Shown here in pieces: positions 1 through 12,985 of a DNA stretch of 64,000 nucleotides (positions within the stretch are counted from its first letter, which is position 1; each line of letters starts with the position of its first letter). The notes beneath the pieces were generated by a model. That model did not search any database, had not been told where the DNA came from, and saw only the letters and a list, made by a program, of their open reading frames with translations. Source of the DNA: Octopus bimaculoides (taxonomy: Eukaryota); the NCBI RefSeq assembly GCF_001194135.2, contig NC_068994.1, positions 6,968,374 to 7,032,373 of the forward strand, read 5' to 3'. The position numbers and the translations under genes were made by a program.

Positions 1-238
1 ATATATATCTTTTCTCCTCTTTTCACTTAAAATGACCCCTCCCTTCACATCGCCTTCTTAAAGTATGGAGCACTCCCGAGCCAACTATCGAGTCCCCATT
101 CCACAATAAATAAGTGCAAGTCCTGACTTTAATTGTAAGCCTATTAATTCAGTTACTAAATTTTAGCAAAGGAACTTCCTGTATCTGCATAAGCCTATAC
201 TTAATAGTTTGAAATGGCATCAGAGGATCAGGATCATC

Positions 239-283
<45 letters not shown>

Positions 284-316
284 GACGTCAAGAAGTAATA
301 AATTTTCAAGAGAATG

Positions 317-578
317 TGAACCAATTCTGTTTTGGAATATCTCGAAGCACACACATAAAGCTGCAAATAGCAGCATGTAAATAATGAGTAAAAAATCCCT
401 TTGTGATAGAAAAAGTTGATGGCTGCCCTGTCAAATCTACAGGAGATTTGAGGTTTGTGTCCCACAAGCAGCCTTCAACTTTTTTCTTTCCAATGGAGTT
501 TTTCAACTCAATACTTACATGCTGTTATTTCTAGCTTTTTGTGTGTGCTTCAAGATATTCCAAAACAGAATTAGTTCA
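317..578. repeat. Foldback inverted repeat (~110-bp arms, 41-nt spacer); MITE-like or hairpin element
   Basis: 317-426 (TGAACCAATTCTGTTTTGGAATATCTCGAAGCACACAC...AAAAAGTTGATGGCTGC) is the imperfect reverse complement of 468-578 (GCAGCCTTCAACTTTTT...GTGTGTGCTTCAAGATATTCCAAAACAGAATTAGTTCA). The spacer holds an 8-bp hairpin TCAAATCT/AGATTTGA (431-451). Confidence 0.85.
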
Positions 579-891
579 TTATTATTATTATTATTATTAT
601 TATCATTATTAGATTTTTTTCCTCTTTTTTTTTTTTTCGAGAATTAAAAAAAAAAATTCAAAGGAAATAGTTTGAAGAAAAGTGTGAATGAAAAGAGTTA
701 CACTCATTCATGAAAATAAGGAGAGAAAATCCCAGCAACGACAGCAATGTAGTACCTTTGTTGAAATGATAAACTTAAAAATCATGAGATGAACCTTTCC
801 AGCAATGTTGATAATATTTACATTTAGTTGCAGTGCATTTGGATTTGCTGTAGTGAAAAATAGTGTGTATGTTTCTGCATGCATGCATATG

Positions 892-927
<36 letters not shown>

Positions 928-974
928 GAGAGAGATAGACATATACAAACATACATATATATGTCTATGTAATA

Positions 975-2334
975 TTAGGTTGTCAAGTATGAAATTTGTA
1001 GTGAGGTATATGGTAAACTTTGATAGCTGTTCATTTTGCGCCCTTATTATATTTTGATAATTTTTATTTTTTTGTTAGAAAGTTGACACATCTATTTCTT
1101 TATTCTAACTCATTTTGCACTTTATAAAGTATTTATGAATTGTTTTTTGCTATTTTTGTTTTGAGGTGGATAAGTTGGAAATTCGTNNNNNNNNNNAGTA
1201 TTTATGAATTGTTTTTTGCTATTTTTGTTTTGAGGTGGATAAGTTGGAAATTCGTACAGTTTTGAAATATGAGTTCTTTCTTGGAAACACAGCATCACAA
1301 ACAGCTCGGAATGTTAATGAAGTATTTCATTCTAATGTTATTACACAGCAGATAGTATCAAATTGGTTTGCAAAATTTCCTTCTGGTAACTTTGACCTCG
1401 CAAATGATCTATGCAGTTGACCAGAAACAATGGTGGATAATGGCGAACTGAAAGCCACTGTCAAGTCAGATTCATCTCAAAGTGCCTGTGAATTATCGTT
1501 GTTGTTTGGTGTTAGCAAGCAAATGATATTGACTCACCCTAGTTCAAATTGATAAAGTGAAAAAGTTGGATAAGTGGGTTCCACAAGAACTCAATCAAAA
1601 TCAGAAACAGCAACGTTTGGAAGCTTGCATTATGCTACTTTCTCGTCACAAAAATAAATCATTTTTAATCAAATTCTAACACGTGGTGAGAAATGGATCC
1701 AATACAACAACCGTAAACATTCAGCACAATGGTTGGACAAAGATGAACCAGCAAAACACAGTCCAAAAAGCAAAATTCATCAAAAGAAGCTGATGGTGTG
1801 TGTTTGGTGGTCTGGGCCAGGTGTGATCCATTATGATTTCATTAAACGAGGCTCATTAATCATGGCTGAAGTATACTGCAGCCAACTGGACCAAATGATG
1901 CAGAAGCTTACAAAAACAACAGCCTAGATTAGTCAACAGATCCACTTCTATTTTATTGCAAGACAATGCCAGACTACTCATCACAAAAATGACATTGGCA
2001 AAACTACAGGAGTTGGAGTTGGAAGATCTCCATCATCCAACATACTCACTCACCTGAGCTTTCCCCTACTGACCACCACATCTTCTAGAATTTGGATAAC
2101 TTTTTAATGGGAAAAAAATTTAATCCTGATGATACTGTAAAACAGGCCTACCAAGATTTTATTGATTCTAGATTGCCAGGCTTTTACAATTCCAGGCTGG
2201 ACAAGCTACTGCTGAAATGGCAAAAGTGTATTGACAATATGGGTGCATACTTTGATGAATAAAACTATTCCTTGTATTTATAAAACATTAGTAAACTTTT
2301 TTCTTTTCTATAAATTTCATACTTGACGACCTAA
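975..2334 (+). mobile_element. Full-length non-functional mariner (Tc1/mariner, DD34D type) DNA transposon
   Basis: 27-bp TIRs TTAGGTTGTCAAGTATGAAATTTGTAG (975-1001) and CTATAAATTTCATACTTGACGACCTAA (2308-2334), 2 mismatches; TA on both sides (973-974, 2335-2336). About 1.29 kb once the gap-associated 59-bp duplication and 10 N are removed. Confidence 0.95.
1235..2262 (+). pseudogene. Mariner transposase pseudogene
   Basis: N-terminal DKLEIRTVLKYEF...WFAKFPSGNFDL (mariner HTH region), WVPQEL (WVPHEL motif), TRGEKW (TCDEKW with first catalytic D lost), HQKKLMVCVWW, LQDNAR, and a YSPEL-like motif with a 4-bp insertion followed by PTDHHIF. Several stops and frameshifts; terminal TAA at 2260-2262. 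Confidence 0.93.
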
Positions 2335-2588
2335 TATATACATAATATATAAATAATATATTATACATATGCATATATATAGATATATTACATCTATAGT
2401 ATATATTATTTACACATAATACATATATAATATATATAATGCATTTATATACATATATATATATATATATATATAAGACATATAATACATACATATATAT
2501 ATTATATTAATATATATAATGGATATATTTATAATATATACATATACTAATTATATAGTACATATACATAATACATAACTGTATTAGG

Positions 2589-2623
<35 letters not shown>

Positions 2624-2890
2624 TAGTGTATTCTCATATGTGTATGTGGGGGTGAGAGAAATGAATAAGGAGAGAAGGGATGGGTTTTGTGTGCATTCGA
2701 TTCGAGATGCCTGTGGTGGCATTGTACATACTTACCAATGCCATGCAACCTCAGAAACAATGACTGTATTACAATGATATACCAACATAACACACAGAGC
2801 ATGCGATATTTCAATACTTCCAGAGAGATCAATACATATGATAAAAAAAATGTCTGTAAACATTTTTTTCTTACACTGACATCCTATGTA

Positions 2891-2926
<36 letters not shown>

Positions 2927-3924
2927 TATAGATATATAAGCATACCATTTGTAGAAAATATATGTATCACTGTAGGCTTTTTTCCAAGAAGATTAAAACC
3001 ATAATTAGCGCTTCTTACACGCTGGGTAATGGGTTTTTTTTACTTCTGTATGCACATGTATGTGCATATTTATATACATAGATCTATGTATCTGCATATA
3101 TAGATATATCACACACACATACATATACAGATATATATACATACACACACATACATGTATGTATATATATATAGCCACTCATATTATACACACGTAATTT
3201 TCTGTGAATAATATAAAAGAAGATACAAACATACGCATATACAGATACATAAATATATATTGGTACATATATATGTAATATACTTACATATATATATATA
3301 TATAAATAAATATATAGATATATGTGCATGTATGTATAAATGTATAGATAGAGTCTGTCTGCGCATATGAACCAAAGAACAAGCAATGTCTCAATAGTCA
3401 TGTGGTTATCAGCATTTTCTAACCACATACGCCTTTTTAGCGCCGATACAAACTATGAAGCTGTCACCATACATACACAGGGGTTTCGTATTAGGCGTCT
3501 GTGTGTGTATGTATGCATGAAAGCCTATGCATCACATTTAAGAAAGCAAAGAGCGTCTGCATATGGCAAGCATCAAACAAGGCGTGAAGCCATGCACTTA
3601 GTAAGAAATTCCTGTGTAGTAAATAATATTACGCATGTATAAAAATAAACCAGTGTAATAGTACGCATACGCACACAGAAGAAAATTTCTGATATGAAGT
3701 TTACATTTTGTAAAAAATGTTTTGCCGTGTTTACATGTTGCCAGAATTTTACACATGAGTCGAATGAAATATACAATCATGTATGTATGTGTATATGTCG
3801 GTAATTGTAAAGGGCGGTGCATAAGCGTATAGGGTGTATAAATGAATTTATGAGTATACACCCGTTTGCATATGTATGATAGTAAATGAATGAATGTGTG
3901 TGTGTGAATGTATATACACACATA

Positions 3925-4037
3925 TCTATATATGTATATCTACATATAGATATATATATATGTATATCTACATATAAATATATATATATATGTATATCTA
4001 CATATAGATATATATATATATGTATATATACATATAG

Positions 4038-4068
<31 letters not shown>

Positions 4069-4281
4069 GATATATATATATGTATATATATACATATAGA
4101 TATATATATATGTATATATATACATATAGATATATATATATATGTACATATATACATATAGATATACATATATATGTACATATAGATATATATATATGTA
4201 TATATATGTACATATAGATATATATATGTATATGTATATATATATGCACACATATATATACATACATGTATATATATATAA

Positions 4282-4342
<61 letters not shown>

Positions 4343-4350
4343 TATATATA
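3925..4350. repeat. Compound TA-rich mini/microsatellite (TATATG-TATATCTACATATAGA units grading into (TA)n)
   Basis: Directly visible; source of the Y/I-rich spurious ORFs at 3777-4474. Confidence 0.9.
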
Positions 4351-5361
4351 TATTGACATTCACACACATTTGTATTTGAATGCATCTATAAAAATCCATG
4401 TTTGTATGTGTGCCAATGTATGCAAATCTATTTATGCATGTGATTGTATCTCATCAACATATAAATGTGGATGAATGAATAACTGTGTCTGTGTGAATAT
4501 GTGCACATGCATATGAATGTATGTATGCATGCATGTAAGTAGGTATGTATGTATGTATGTGTACACGTCTGCTTTTGTGCATGTTGCTGTAAGCAGTTAA
4601 CGTTTTTTTTTCTTTTTTTTTTGTGAGAGTATGTACGTGTGTGTGTGCTTATACATTATATATATATGAGTAAATATGCATAAAAGAGAATGGGGGAGGG
4701 GGAAAGCGGACACAATGTATTCAAGAACAACACCACCACCAACACTAATAACCAAAGCGCTGACAAAATATCAACCATTTACATTGTATTATCAACATGT
4801 TTCCAGAAAGGCCTAATTATCTCATGAACACCTCAATATCAAATATATTCCCCACCACCACCACCGCCACCCATATTAAATAAATAAATAAATGATCTGT
4901 TGCCGTAATGTCTCTCCATTACCAAGATTGTAAGTGGGGAAAGTACAACACTAGGCATGTGGAGGTTGCTGATGGACAGTGGGGGTAGACTGGGTGGGCG
5001 GACAGTTGGGTATAGAATCCAACAAGGATGGGTTATCATGGATAGTAAGCTGGGTTAAGATGACTTGAATGGATTATGATAGCCAAGGATGGGTTATAAT
5101 AGGCTTCCTACTGTTTCTGCTTTTTTTTTTCTTTTTTTTTTGGTGTTCTATTGATAACTACATTAATATTTAAGAAAGGATTTGAAGAAATAAGATCTTG
5201 GTTTGTTGTTTCAAAAGCACAATGGATAAGAGGATGACTTAATCTTTGTAACAATCCGATGAAACAGAACCAACGAATCTTTCCAAGTTCAAGTTTGCTT
5301 CACGTTGCTTCCATGACCTAACTGAAGTACAAGGCCTCGAATTTGATGCACAAGGGGTTAT

Positions 5362-5597
5362 AAGCTCCTTCGTGAGTATATACAGACCCTGAGTTCCAGT
5401 TTCCCTAGATTCTCTGGTGTATATATTCCCCACTGGACGGGATGCCAGTCCATTGCAAGGTTACTCATTTTTCCATCTGAGCAACATGAAATGAAATGTT
5501 TTGCTCAAGAACACAATGCATCGCTCGGTCAAGGAATTGAAACCATGATCTTATGATCGTGAGTTCAACACCCTAACTACTAAGCCATGTTCCTCCA
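5362..5597 (-). mobile_element. tRNA-headed CORE-type SINE (family B)
   Basis: Minus strand reads TGGAGGAACATGGCTTAGTAGTTAGGG (A box), GGTTTCAATTCC (B box), then GTGTTCTTGAGCAAAACATTTCATTTCATGTTGCTC (CORE-like block). Homologous to 29281-29527. Confidence 0.75.
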
Positions 5598-5997
5598 TGA
5601 GAGGTTATATCTGATTCAAATCAAGCCCAGTATTTAACCTGACCTTGTCAGGATTAGATCTCAGAATCTAAATGTATGTAACTAATTATCACAAGGTACT
5701 TTTGTCCATCTTTCAACCAATTCTGCCAATCTGTTGCCCTAATAAATATTGGCGTGAGGCCACAAAACAGTGTTGGTTAAATCAGCCCTGGTACCCAACG
5801 AGTACTTTTTCTGAGGACCTCAACAAAACCAACCTCGACAAGATTAGAATTCAGATCATAAGGTTAAACCCCTAATAATCACAAAGCATTTTATCTGTCT
5901 CCTACCATTTCTAACAGATGTACTGCCCTTTCCAGTCCACAACTCTTATAATAATAATAACAATAACAATAATAATAATAATGACGGTGATTATAAT

Positions 5998-6206
5998 AAT
6001 ACTTTCTCCTATAGACATAAAGCCTGAAATATTGTGGGCAGGGGCCAGTAGACAACTGGTACTTATTTTATCGACCCTGAAAGAATGAAAAGCAAAGTCA
6101 AACTTGGTGGTATTTGAACTTAGAAGATAATGAGTCAGAAGAAATGCTGATAAGTCTAACATGCTAACATGTCTAACATGCTAACAATTTTGTCAGCTTG
6201 CTGCCT

Positions 6207-6207
<1 letters not shown>
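5998..6207 (-). mobile_element. tRNA-headed SINE family F, with (ATT)n tail
   Basis: Minus strand AAGGCAGCAAGCTGACAAAATTGTTAG head, AGTTCAAATACC B box, 3' end CAGGCTTTATGTCTATAGGAGAAAGTATT into an (ATT)-rich tail. Confidence 0.75.
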
Positions 6208-6250
<43 letters not shown>

Positions 6251-6298
6251 AGTTGATCCTAGATAGTAATGACGGCTGTGTATGTATGTATATATATA

Positions 6299-7004
6299 CA
6301 GAGTGTGATGGGTAAATTGTCGTCATTTTATATTTTTAATATTGCGCATGTGCATTGTTTGTTTTTGATTTTGTCGACTACACAGTATAGTAGGGTCAGT
6401 TGGGCACCGTCTGTGAGAAAAACAGCACCATGACGCAATTCACTCTGCCACAAATTTGGAAACGACATGCCGTGCTGCTTCCAGCATTTGCGCTGGAAGC
6501 TCTAATACGAACATTTCAGAGTGTTTGGGTGTCGATCTGAGGACAGTGCAGAGGATTCGGAAAATGTTGGCTGAGTCTAATGGTGATTATGAAAGTACAA
6601 CAGCTCAGAAAACTCACTCTGATTGTTCTGATAAGAAAAGAACTCCTGAATTTGTTGGTGAGATCCAGGCCATGACTGACAACGATAAGAGTGTCTGAGT
6701 TTCTTATCAGGCAGGTAGTGCATGAAGACATTCGGTATTCCTCATACAAGATGAGAAAGGGACAATTTTTATCCCAAGCCATCAAAGACAAGAGGAAAGA
6801 CCATGCTATGAAGCTTTTGAACAAACTCAAGCATCTTCTCCAATTGGACATACTTTGGTTTCTCTCCAGATGAGAAAAATTTCTATCAAGATCAGATGGT
6901 GAACACACAAAATGACCATTGGCTTGCTGTGTCCCCAAAACATGTACCGAGAGTGATAAAAAATCAAACATCCAGTCAGCATCATGGTGTCTGGAGTAAT
7001 CACC
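6299..7004 (+). mobile_element. Tc1/mariner DD37D (maT-like) transposon, left end plus 5' two-thirds of a degraded transposase
   Basis: TA followed by terminus CAGAGTGTGATGGGTAAATTG; translation across frameshifts gives AGSSNTNISECLGVDLRTVQRIRK (HTH), VHEDIRYSSYKMRKGQFLS, WF-SDEKNF (first catalytic D), KHPVSIMV-GVIT. Truncated at ~7004. Confidence 0.85.
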
Positions 7005-7188
7005 ATCAACTACTCAACAGGGATGAAAACTGAGAGAGGTGAGAATGGGGAAAGGTTATAACTGCTTGCCATGCAGTAGGGTACCAACCATAATGATGAT
7101 GATGATGATGATGATGATGATAACCATACCATAATAATAATAATAATAATAACAATGATTTCTTACATAGGCATAAGGCCAGAAATTT

Positions 7189-7988
7189 NNNNNNNNNNNN
7201 NNNNNNNNNNNNNNNNNNNNNNNNNNNNNNNNNNNNNNNNNNNNNNNNNNNNNNNNNNNNNNNNNNNNNNNNNNNNNNNNNNNNNNNNNNNNNNNNNNNN
7301 NNNNNNNNNNNNNNNNNNNNNNNNNNNNNNNNNNNNNNNNNNNNNNNNNNNNNNNNNNNNNNNNNNNNNNNNNNNNNNNNNNNNNNNNNNNNNNNNNNNN
7401 NNNNNNNNNNNNNNNNNNNNNNNNNNNNNNNNNNNNNNNNNNNNNNNNNNNNNNNNNNNNNNNNNNNNNNNNNNNNNNNNNNNNNNNNNNNNNNNNNNNN
7501 NNNNNNNNNNNNNNNNNNNNNNNNNNNNNNNNNNNNNNNNNNNNNNNNNNNNNNNNNNNNNNNNNNNNNNNNNNNNNNNNNNNNNNNNNNNNNNNNNNNN
7601 NNNNNNNNNNNNNNNNNNNNNNNNNNNNNNNNNNNNNNNNNNNNNNNNNNNNNNNNNNNNNNNNNNNNNNNNNNNNNNNNNNNNNNNNNNNNNNNNNNNN
7701 NNNNNNNNNNNNNNNNNNNNNNNNNNNNNNNNNNNNNNNNNNNNNNNNNNNNNNNNNNNNNNNNNNNNNNNNNNNNNNNNNNNNNNNNNNNNNNNNNNNN
7801 NNNNNNNNNNNNNNNNNNNNNNNNNNNNNNNNNNNNNNNNNNNNNNNNNNNNNNNNNNNNNNNNNNNNNNNNNNNNNNNNNNNNNNNNNNNNNNNNNNNN
7901 NNNNNNNNNNNNNNNNNNNNNNNNNNNNNNNNNNNNNNNNNNNNNNNNNNNNNNNNNNNNNNNNNNNNNNNNNNNNNNNNNNNNNNNN
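7189..7988. other. Assembly gap (one of many; others at 9064-9317, 15018-15890, 18330-18691, 26076-26976, 34678-35144, 40791-41428, 43599-44021, 53172-53311, 55204-55564, plus several short gaps)
   Basis: Runs of N, almost always flanked by microsatellite or SINE sequence. Listed boundaries are read by eye. Confidence 0.95.
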
Positions 7989-8029
7989 ATACACACACAC
8001 ATACATACATACATATATACATATGTATG

Positions 8030-8080
<51 letters not shown>

Positions 8081-8082
<2 letters not shown>

Positions 8083-8669
8083 TCAATTGATTCGGTTTCA
8101 ATATATTACTGGTACTTATTTTATCAACCCCCAGAGGGATGAAAGGCAAAGTTGGTGCCCAGTAGGAATTGAACTTGGAATCAAGTGGGGACGAACACAG
8201 AATACTGCAATGCCTTTTGTCAGTCTTTTGTCTCGGCCATCTATACAACTATAATAATAATAATGGTTTCTTATTTAGGCACAAGACCAATAATTTTGAG
8301 GGGAGGGGGCAAGTCGATTACATCAAACCCCATTACATGACTGGTACTTTATTCTATCAACCTTGAAAGGTTGAAAGGCAAAAGCTGACCCTGGCGAGAT
8401 TTGAACTCAGTATGTAAAGTGCCAGACGCAATACCACCGGACATTTTGTCTGCGACTCTGGTGATTCCACAACTCATTGCTCTGATAACAATAATTCTTT
8501 AAGGCGATTATATCAACCCCAATATATGACTGGTATTTCATTTTATCAGTCCCGAAAGATTGAATGGTAAAATATACCTTGGTGGAATTTGAACTCAGAA
8601 CGTTAAGAACAGAAGAAATGCTGCAAAGCATTTTGTCTGACGCGCTAACGATTTTACCAGTTCATCACC

Positions 8670-8701
<32 letters not shown>

Positions 8702-8918
8702 CTTTTCTATAGGCACAAGACCTGAAATTTTTTTGGGGAAGGGGATAGCCGATTACATCGACCCCAGTGCTTGACTGGTACTTATTCTATCGACCCCCAC
8801 CGAAAAGGATCAAAAGGCAAAGTTGACCTCGGAAGAATTTGAACTCAGAACATAGAGTTGGACGAAATGCCATTTAGCATTTTGTCCAGCATGCTAATGA
8901 TTCTGTCAGCTCACCATC

Positions 8919-8920
<2 letters not shown>
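8081..8920 (-). mobile_element. Head-to-tail tandem array of four family F SINEs separated by (AAT)n
   Basis: Repeated GGCACAAG...CTGGTACTT...GAAAGGCAAA...GAATTTGAACTCAG...CCAGCTC units at ~8081, ~8262, ~8490 and ~8698, all in the same orientation, with (AAT)n spacers and a long (AAT)n at 8921-8968. Confidence 0.8.
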
Positions 8921-8969
<49 letters not shown>

Positions 8970-10340
8970 GGAAAAGTTCCTACTAAAATGATGACAACAA
9001 TAATAACAACAGTTTGCAAATGTTCAAATTTTTAGGGGGGTTTTTTGGGGGTTTTTTTTTTTTNNNNNNNNNNNNNNNNNNNNNNNNNNNNNNNNNNNNN
9101 NNNNNNNNNNNNNNNNNNNNNNNNNNNNNNNNNNNNNNNNNNNNNNNNNNNNNNNNNNNNNNNNNNNNNNNNNNNNNNNNNNNNNNNNNNNNNNNNNNNN
9201 NNNNNNNNNNNNNNNNNNNNNNNNNNNNNNNNNNNNNNNNNNNNNNNNNNNNNNNNNNNNNNNNNNNNNNNNNNNNNNNNNNNNNNNNNNNNNNNNNNNN
9301 NNNNNNNNNNNNNNNNNTGCAATTAGTGAAAAATTTCTTGGAGCTTAGTTTAACCCAGCACGGCTTAAGCCTCGAATGGCAGAAACAAACCGGGGAAAAC
9401 TAAACAGAATGAACATCGGACCTTCAGCATTTGATGGCAGGGAGGGTCACAGATAGTGGGGGGAATTGAGATGAGAGGGTGTGAGGCAATGGAGGGTGGG
9501 GGGTGGGGTGATGAAGGTCGAAGGGGTTAAGTTGACTCTCAGAAAGACGAAATAGATAATCAAGAGATGGCTTCCAGTAGATGTCGATCAGGTACCACAG
9601 TTTCTGAATTTTCTTTCTGTCTTCGAGGTGGGTGGGGGGTGAGGTAGAAAAAGAGCCCATGGCTGCAACAGTTACCTGAAACGATAAGTAGAAAAAAAAA
9701 GAAAAAGGAAAATGAATTAATCATCATCATCATCAACATTATCATCATCATCATCGTCATCATCATCATCAAAATTGTCATCAACATCATCATCATCATC
9801 ATTTAACATCTATGTTAATGGGTTGGGTGGTTTGACAGGATCCAATGGGCCCAAGGATTGCTTCGTGCTCCAGTGTCAACCTCGGCATGGTTCAAGGTGG
9901 TGCCCCAGCATGGTCACAGTCTAATGATTGACACAAGTAAAAGGTAAAAGCTAGAAGATAAAATTAACAAAAAGAGAAAAAGAAAAAGAGAACTAAAAAA
10001 ATGGTTCAATTTGAGACACACAGACAGACACAATTTAGACCATTAATGAAACTAATGATTGTAATTTAATTATCAAAAGTGCGATTAGAATTTATGGTTT
10101 GACGAGAATTAGACTGTCTCTATTTTTGTGAGAGAGAGGGAGAGTGAGGAAGAGAGAGAGAGTGTGTGTGTGTGTGGGGCCATGTGTGAGTAAAGGAGTG
10201 TGAATGTACGTGTCTGTGTGAGAGAGAGATAGAGAAAGAGAGAGAGAAAGAGTGTGTGTGTGTGTGCGTGTGTGTGTATATTGGAGTTTTGTAAATTACT
10301 TTTCACTTTCAGATTATCAGTGAAGAAATTTATCATTATT

Positions 10341-10380
<40 letters not shown>

Positions 10381-10815
10381 CACAGACACACACAAACACA
10401 CACACACACAACCAAGCTAAAACAAAAGACAAACACACTGCAACATGTGGTGAGAATGCTTCCACAATGGAGAAGACCTGGCCTTGTTCAACCCATTCCA
10501 GGATAGAAAACATCTACATAAAATTAGAGAGGGAAAGAAACAAAGAGACAGGGAAAGAGAGAAAGAGAGAGAGAGAGATAGCAGGAAAGGAAACAAAAGA
10601 CAAACAGACCTTAACTTGAACACTAATTCTGACTAATTGCCACCCCACTGCAGCATCTGGTTCACAATATTATTTTTCTGTTCAATACAGGTACAGGGGT
10701 GGCTGTGTGGTTAGAAGATGGTTTTCTAACCACAGCGAAACACTGGGGTAGACGTAATCGACTATCCCCACCTCTCCACCAAATTTCAGGCCTTGTGCTG
10801 CCTATAGTAGAAAGG

Positions 10816-10848
<33 letters not shown>

Positions 10849-11090
10849 TTTATTCTTTGATCCTTTTATTTGTTTCAGTCGTTTGGCTGCGGCCATGCTG
10901 GAGCACCGCCTTTTAGTCGAACAAATCAACCCCAGGACTTATTGTTTGTAAGCCTAGTACTTATTCGATTCTATTGGTCTCTTTTGCCGAACCGCTAGGT
11001 CACGGGGACATAAACACACCAGCATCGGTTGTCAAGTGATAGTGGGGGGGGGGACAGACGCACAAACATATACACACACACACATACATA

Positions 11091-11128
<38 letters not shown>

Positions 11129-11275
11129 ACAGGCTTCTTTCAGTTTCCGTCTACTAAATCCACTCACAAGGTTTTGGTCAGCCAGAGGCTATAGTAGAAG
11201 ACATCTGCCCAAGGTGCCAAGCAGTGGGACTGAACCTGGAACCATGTAGTTGGGAAGCAAGCTTCTTATCACAGA
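10849..11275 (-). mobile_element. tRNA-headed SINE family D with internal CA/TA microsatellite
   Basis: Minus strand GTGATAAGAAGCTTGCTTCCCAAC...GGTTCCAGGTTCAGTCCC (B box)...GGCACCTTGGGCAG...(TG/TA)n...GGCGGTGCTCCAGCATGGCCGCAGCC...GAAACAAATAAAAG. Homologous to 51499-51890. Confidence 0.8.
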
Positions 11276-12486
11276 AACAAAGAGAGAAAGAAAGAGAGAA
11301 TTATGTATGTATGTGTGTGTGTATATATATATAAATGTGTATATATATATATATATATATATGAAATTCCTAAACGTAATTCATTTAATAGATACTCTGC
11401 ATGTGAGTGTAGACACATACACCCTGTATTGGTCAATACATACGTCATGTATATTCCAAATATAATTTATTTTTGGTACTAAATATATTCTACACAAATC
11501 AATGTCAAATGTATACCTAAATATAAACTAATGAATACAAACATACACAACTCAACAGTTACACAGAAGAACGTACAATATAGATAAAACACAAATTATG
11601 TTCACCTCTCTGTCTGTCTCTCTCTCTTATGCACACTTACACACACACATATACACACCCACACTTACACACAGATACAGTACACACACGCATATATATA
11701 TATATATATATATACACACACTATTGAATACACCATACATATGGTCAGTAACTTAGAGAGAGGTGTATCTGACATACATACATTATATATACACCCACTC
11801 ATATATGAGCCAAGCCAACCACGAAACAACAAGGGAGTCTTCTTGAATCGTTAGAATGCATCAAACAGGAGAGAAATAGCCTCTACGTAGGCAGATGTCT
11901 GCTAGAAATAGCAGCTAAATTTTCCTTGATTCACACTGTACCTTCACAAATAAGAAAAGGGTACTAGATGATATTAAATAAGGTAGTCTTGACCGTCAGC
12001 TATACTAGCAAACAGCTACCACTATGACGCTTGATCTATCAACAGATTTGTAATCAGTTTGTTTGGTCCCATGGTAAGCAATTAGCCCTTGCCATTGGTG
12101 GTATTTGATTCTATAGGTGGGATTTGAACTCGGAATGCTAAAAGCTAGAACAGATACTGTAAGGTAATCTGTTCTTAAATTGACTAAAAGAAAAACAAAT
12201 TCCTATCAAATCTCTACCCACCTAAATCTCAGTGAAATCCTTTACTTTTGCACCTCACCCATATTAAACGATGATGATGATATGTACATATATTAAATAA
12301 CATCCAAATATATGATGAAATCTATAAACAAATCACAGTTTATATACACATTCAATTGCATGTATACAATCTATACGCCACCAAATGTACATCATAATGA
12401 AATCAACAAAATTCACTGGGTCTGATCAATATATACAGCTTTTTATGAACAGCATATTAACATGACCAAATCTATATCAAAAACAG

Positions 12487-12985
12487 CTATGATTGGGTTC
12501 TCCTGTTTGTGTGGCAGGGTGCAGAGTCCTGTTGCCAGACAGAGGGTCTTTCAGCAGCCACCCTTTTGACCCGGGGCAGCACTACCTCCTCCAGGCACTT
12601 GATGTAGGCCTCTGTGTTGAGTCTGATGCCGTGTGGGAAGATGAATGGAGGCATAACGTCGCCATCACTAGTGATCACTCCAAACACCATGATGGTGACT
12701 GGATGTTTGATTTGTATCACTCTCGGTACATGTCTTCAGATTGCATTGTCCTCAGATTGACACCCAAACACTCCAAAAATGTTCGTATTGGAGCTTCTGG
12801 CATGAATGCCAAGCAGTACAGCATGTTGTTTACAAATTTCTGGCAGAGTGAATTGCGTCATGGTGTTGTTTTTCTCATAGATGGTGCCCAACTGACCCTA
12901 CCGTACTGTGAAGTCAACAAAATCAAAAACAACGCATATGCACGAAATTAAAAATATAAAATGACAATTTACCCATCCCACCCTG
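12487..12985 (-). mobile_element. Second DD37D/maT-like fragment: left end plus internally deleted transposase
   Basis: Minus strand starts CAGGGTGGGATGGGTAAATTG, homologous to 6299. After an internal deletion it encodes IKHPVTIMVFGVITSDGDVMPPFIFPHGIRLNTEAYIKCLEEVVLP...WQQDSAPCHT (second catalytic D), then a stop (ORF 12487-12720). Confidence 0.88.

Noticed and set aside
1128-1255. Exact 59-bp direct repeat inside the mariner (1128-1186 and 1197-1255)
   Set aside because: It brackets a 10-N gap; unmerged contig overlap. Removing it restores a typical ~1.29-kb mariner length.
3777-4474. Y/I-rich ORFs (also at 13443-14897, 24672-25456, 47421-47742)
   Set aside because: Translations of (TA)n and (CA)n microsatellites.
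7006-8248. ORFs of 300-360 aa here and at other gaps
   Set aside because: They consist mostly of X from N runs.
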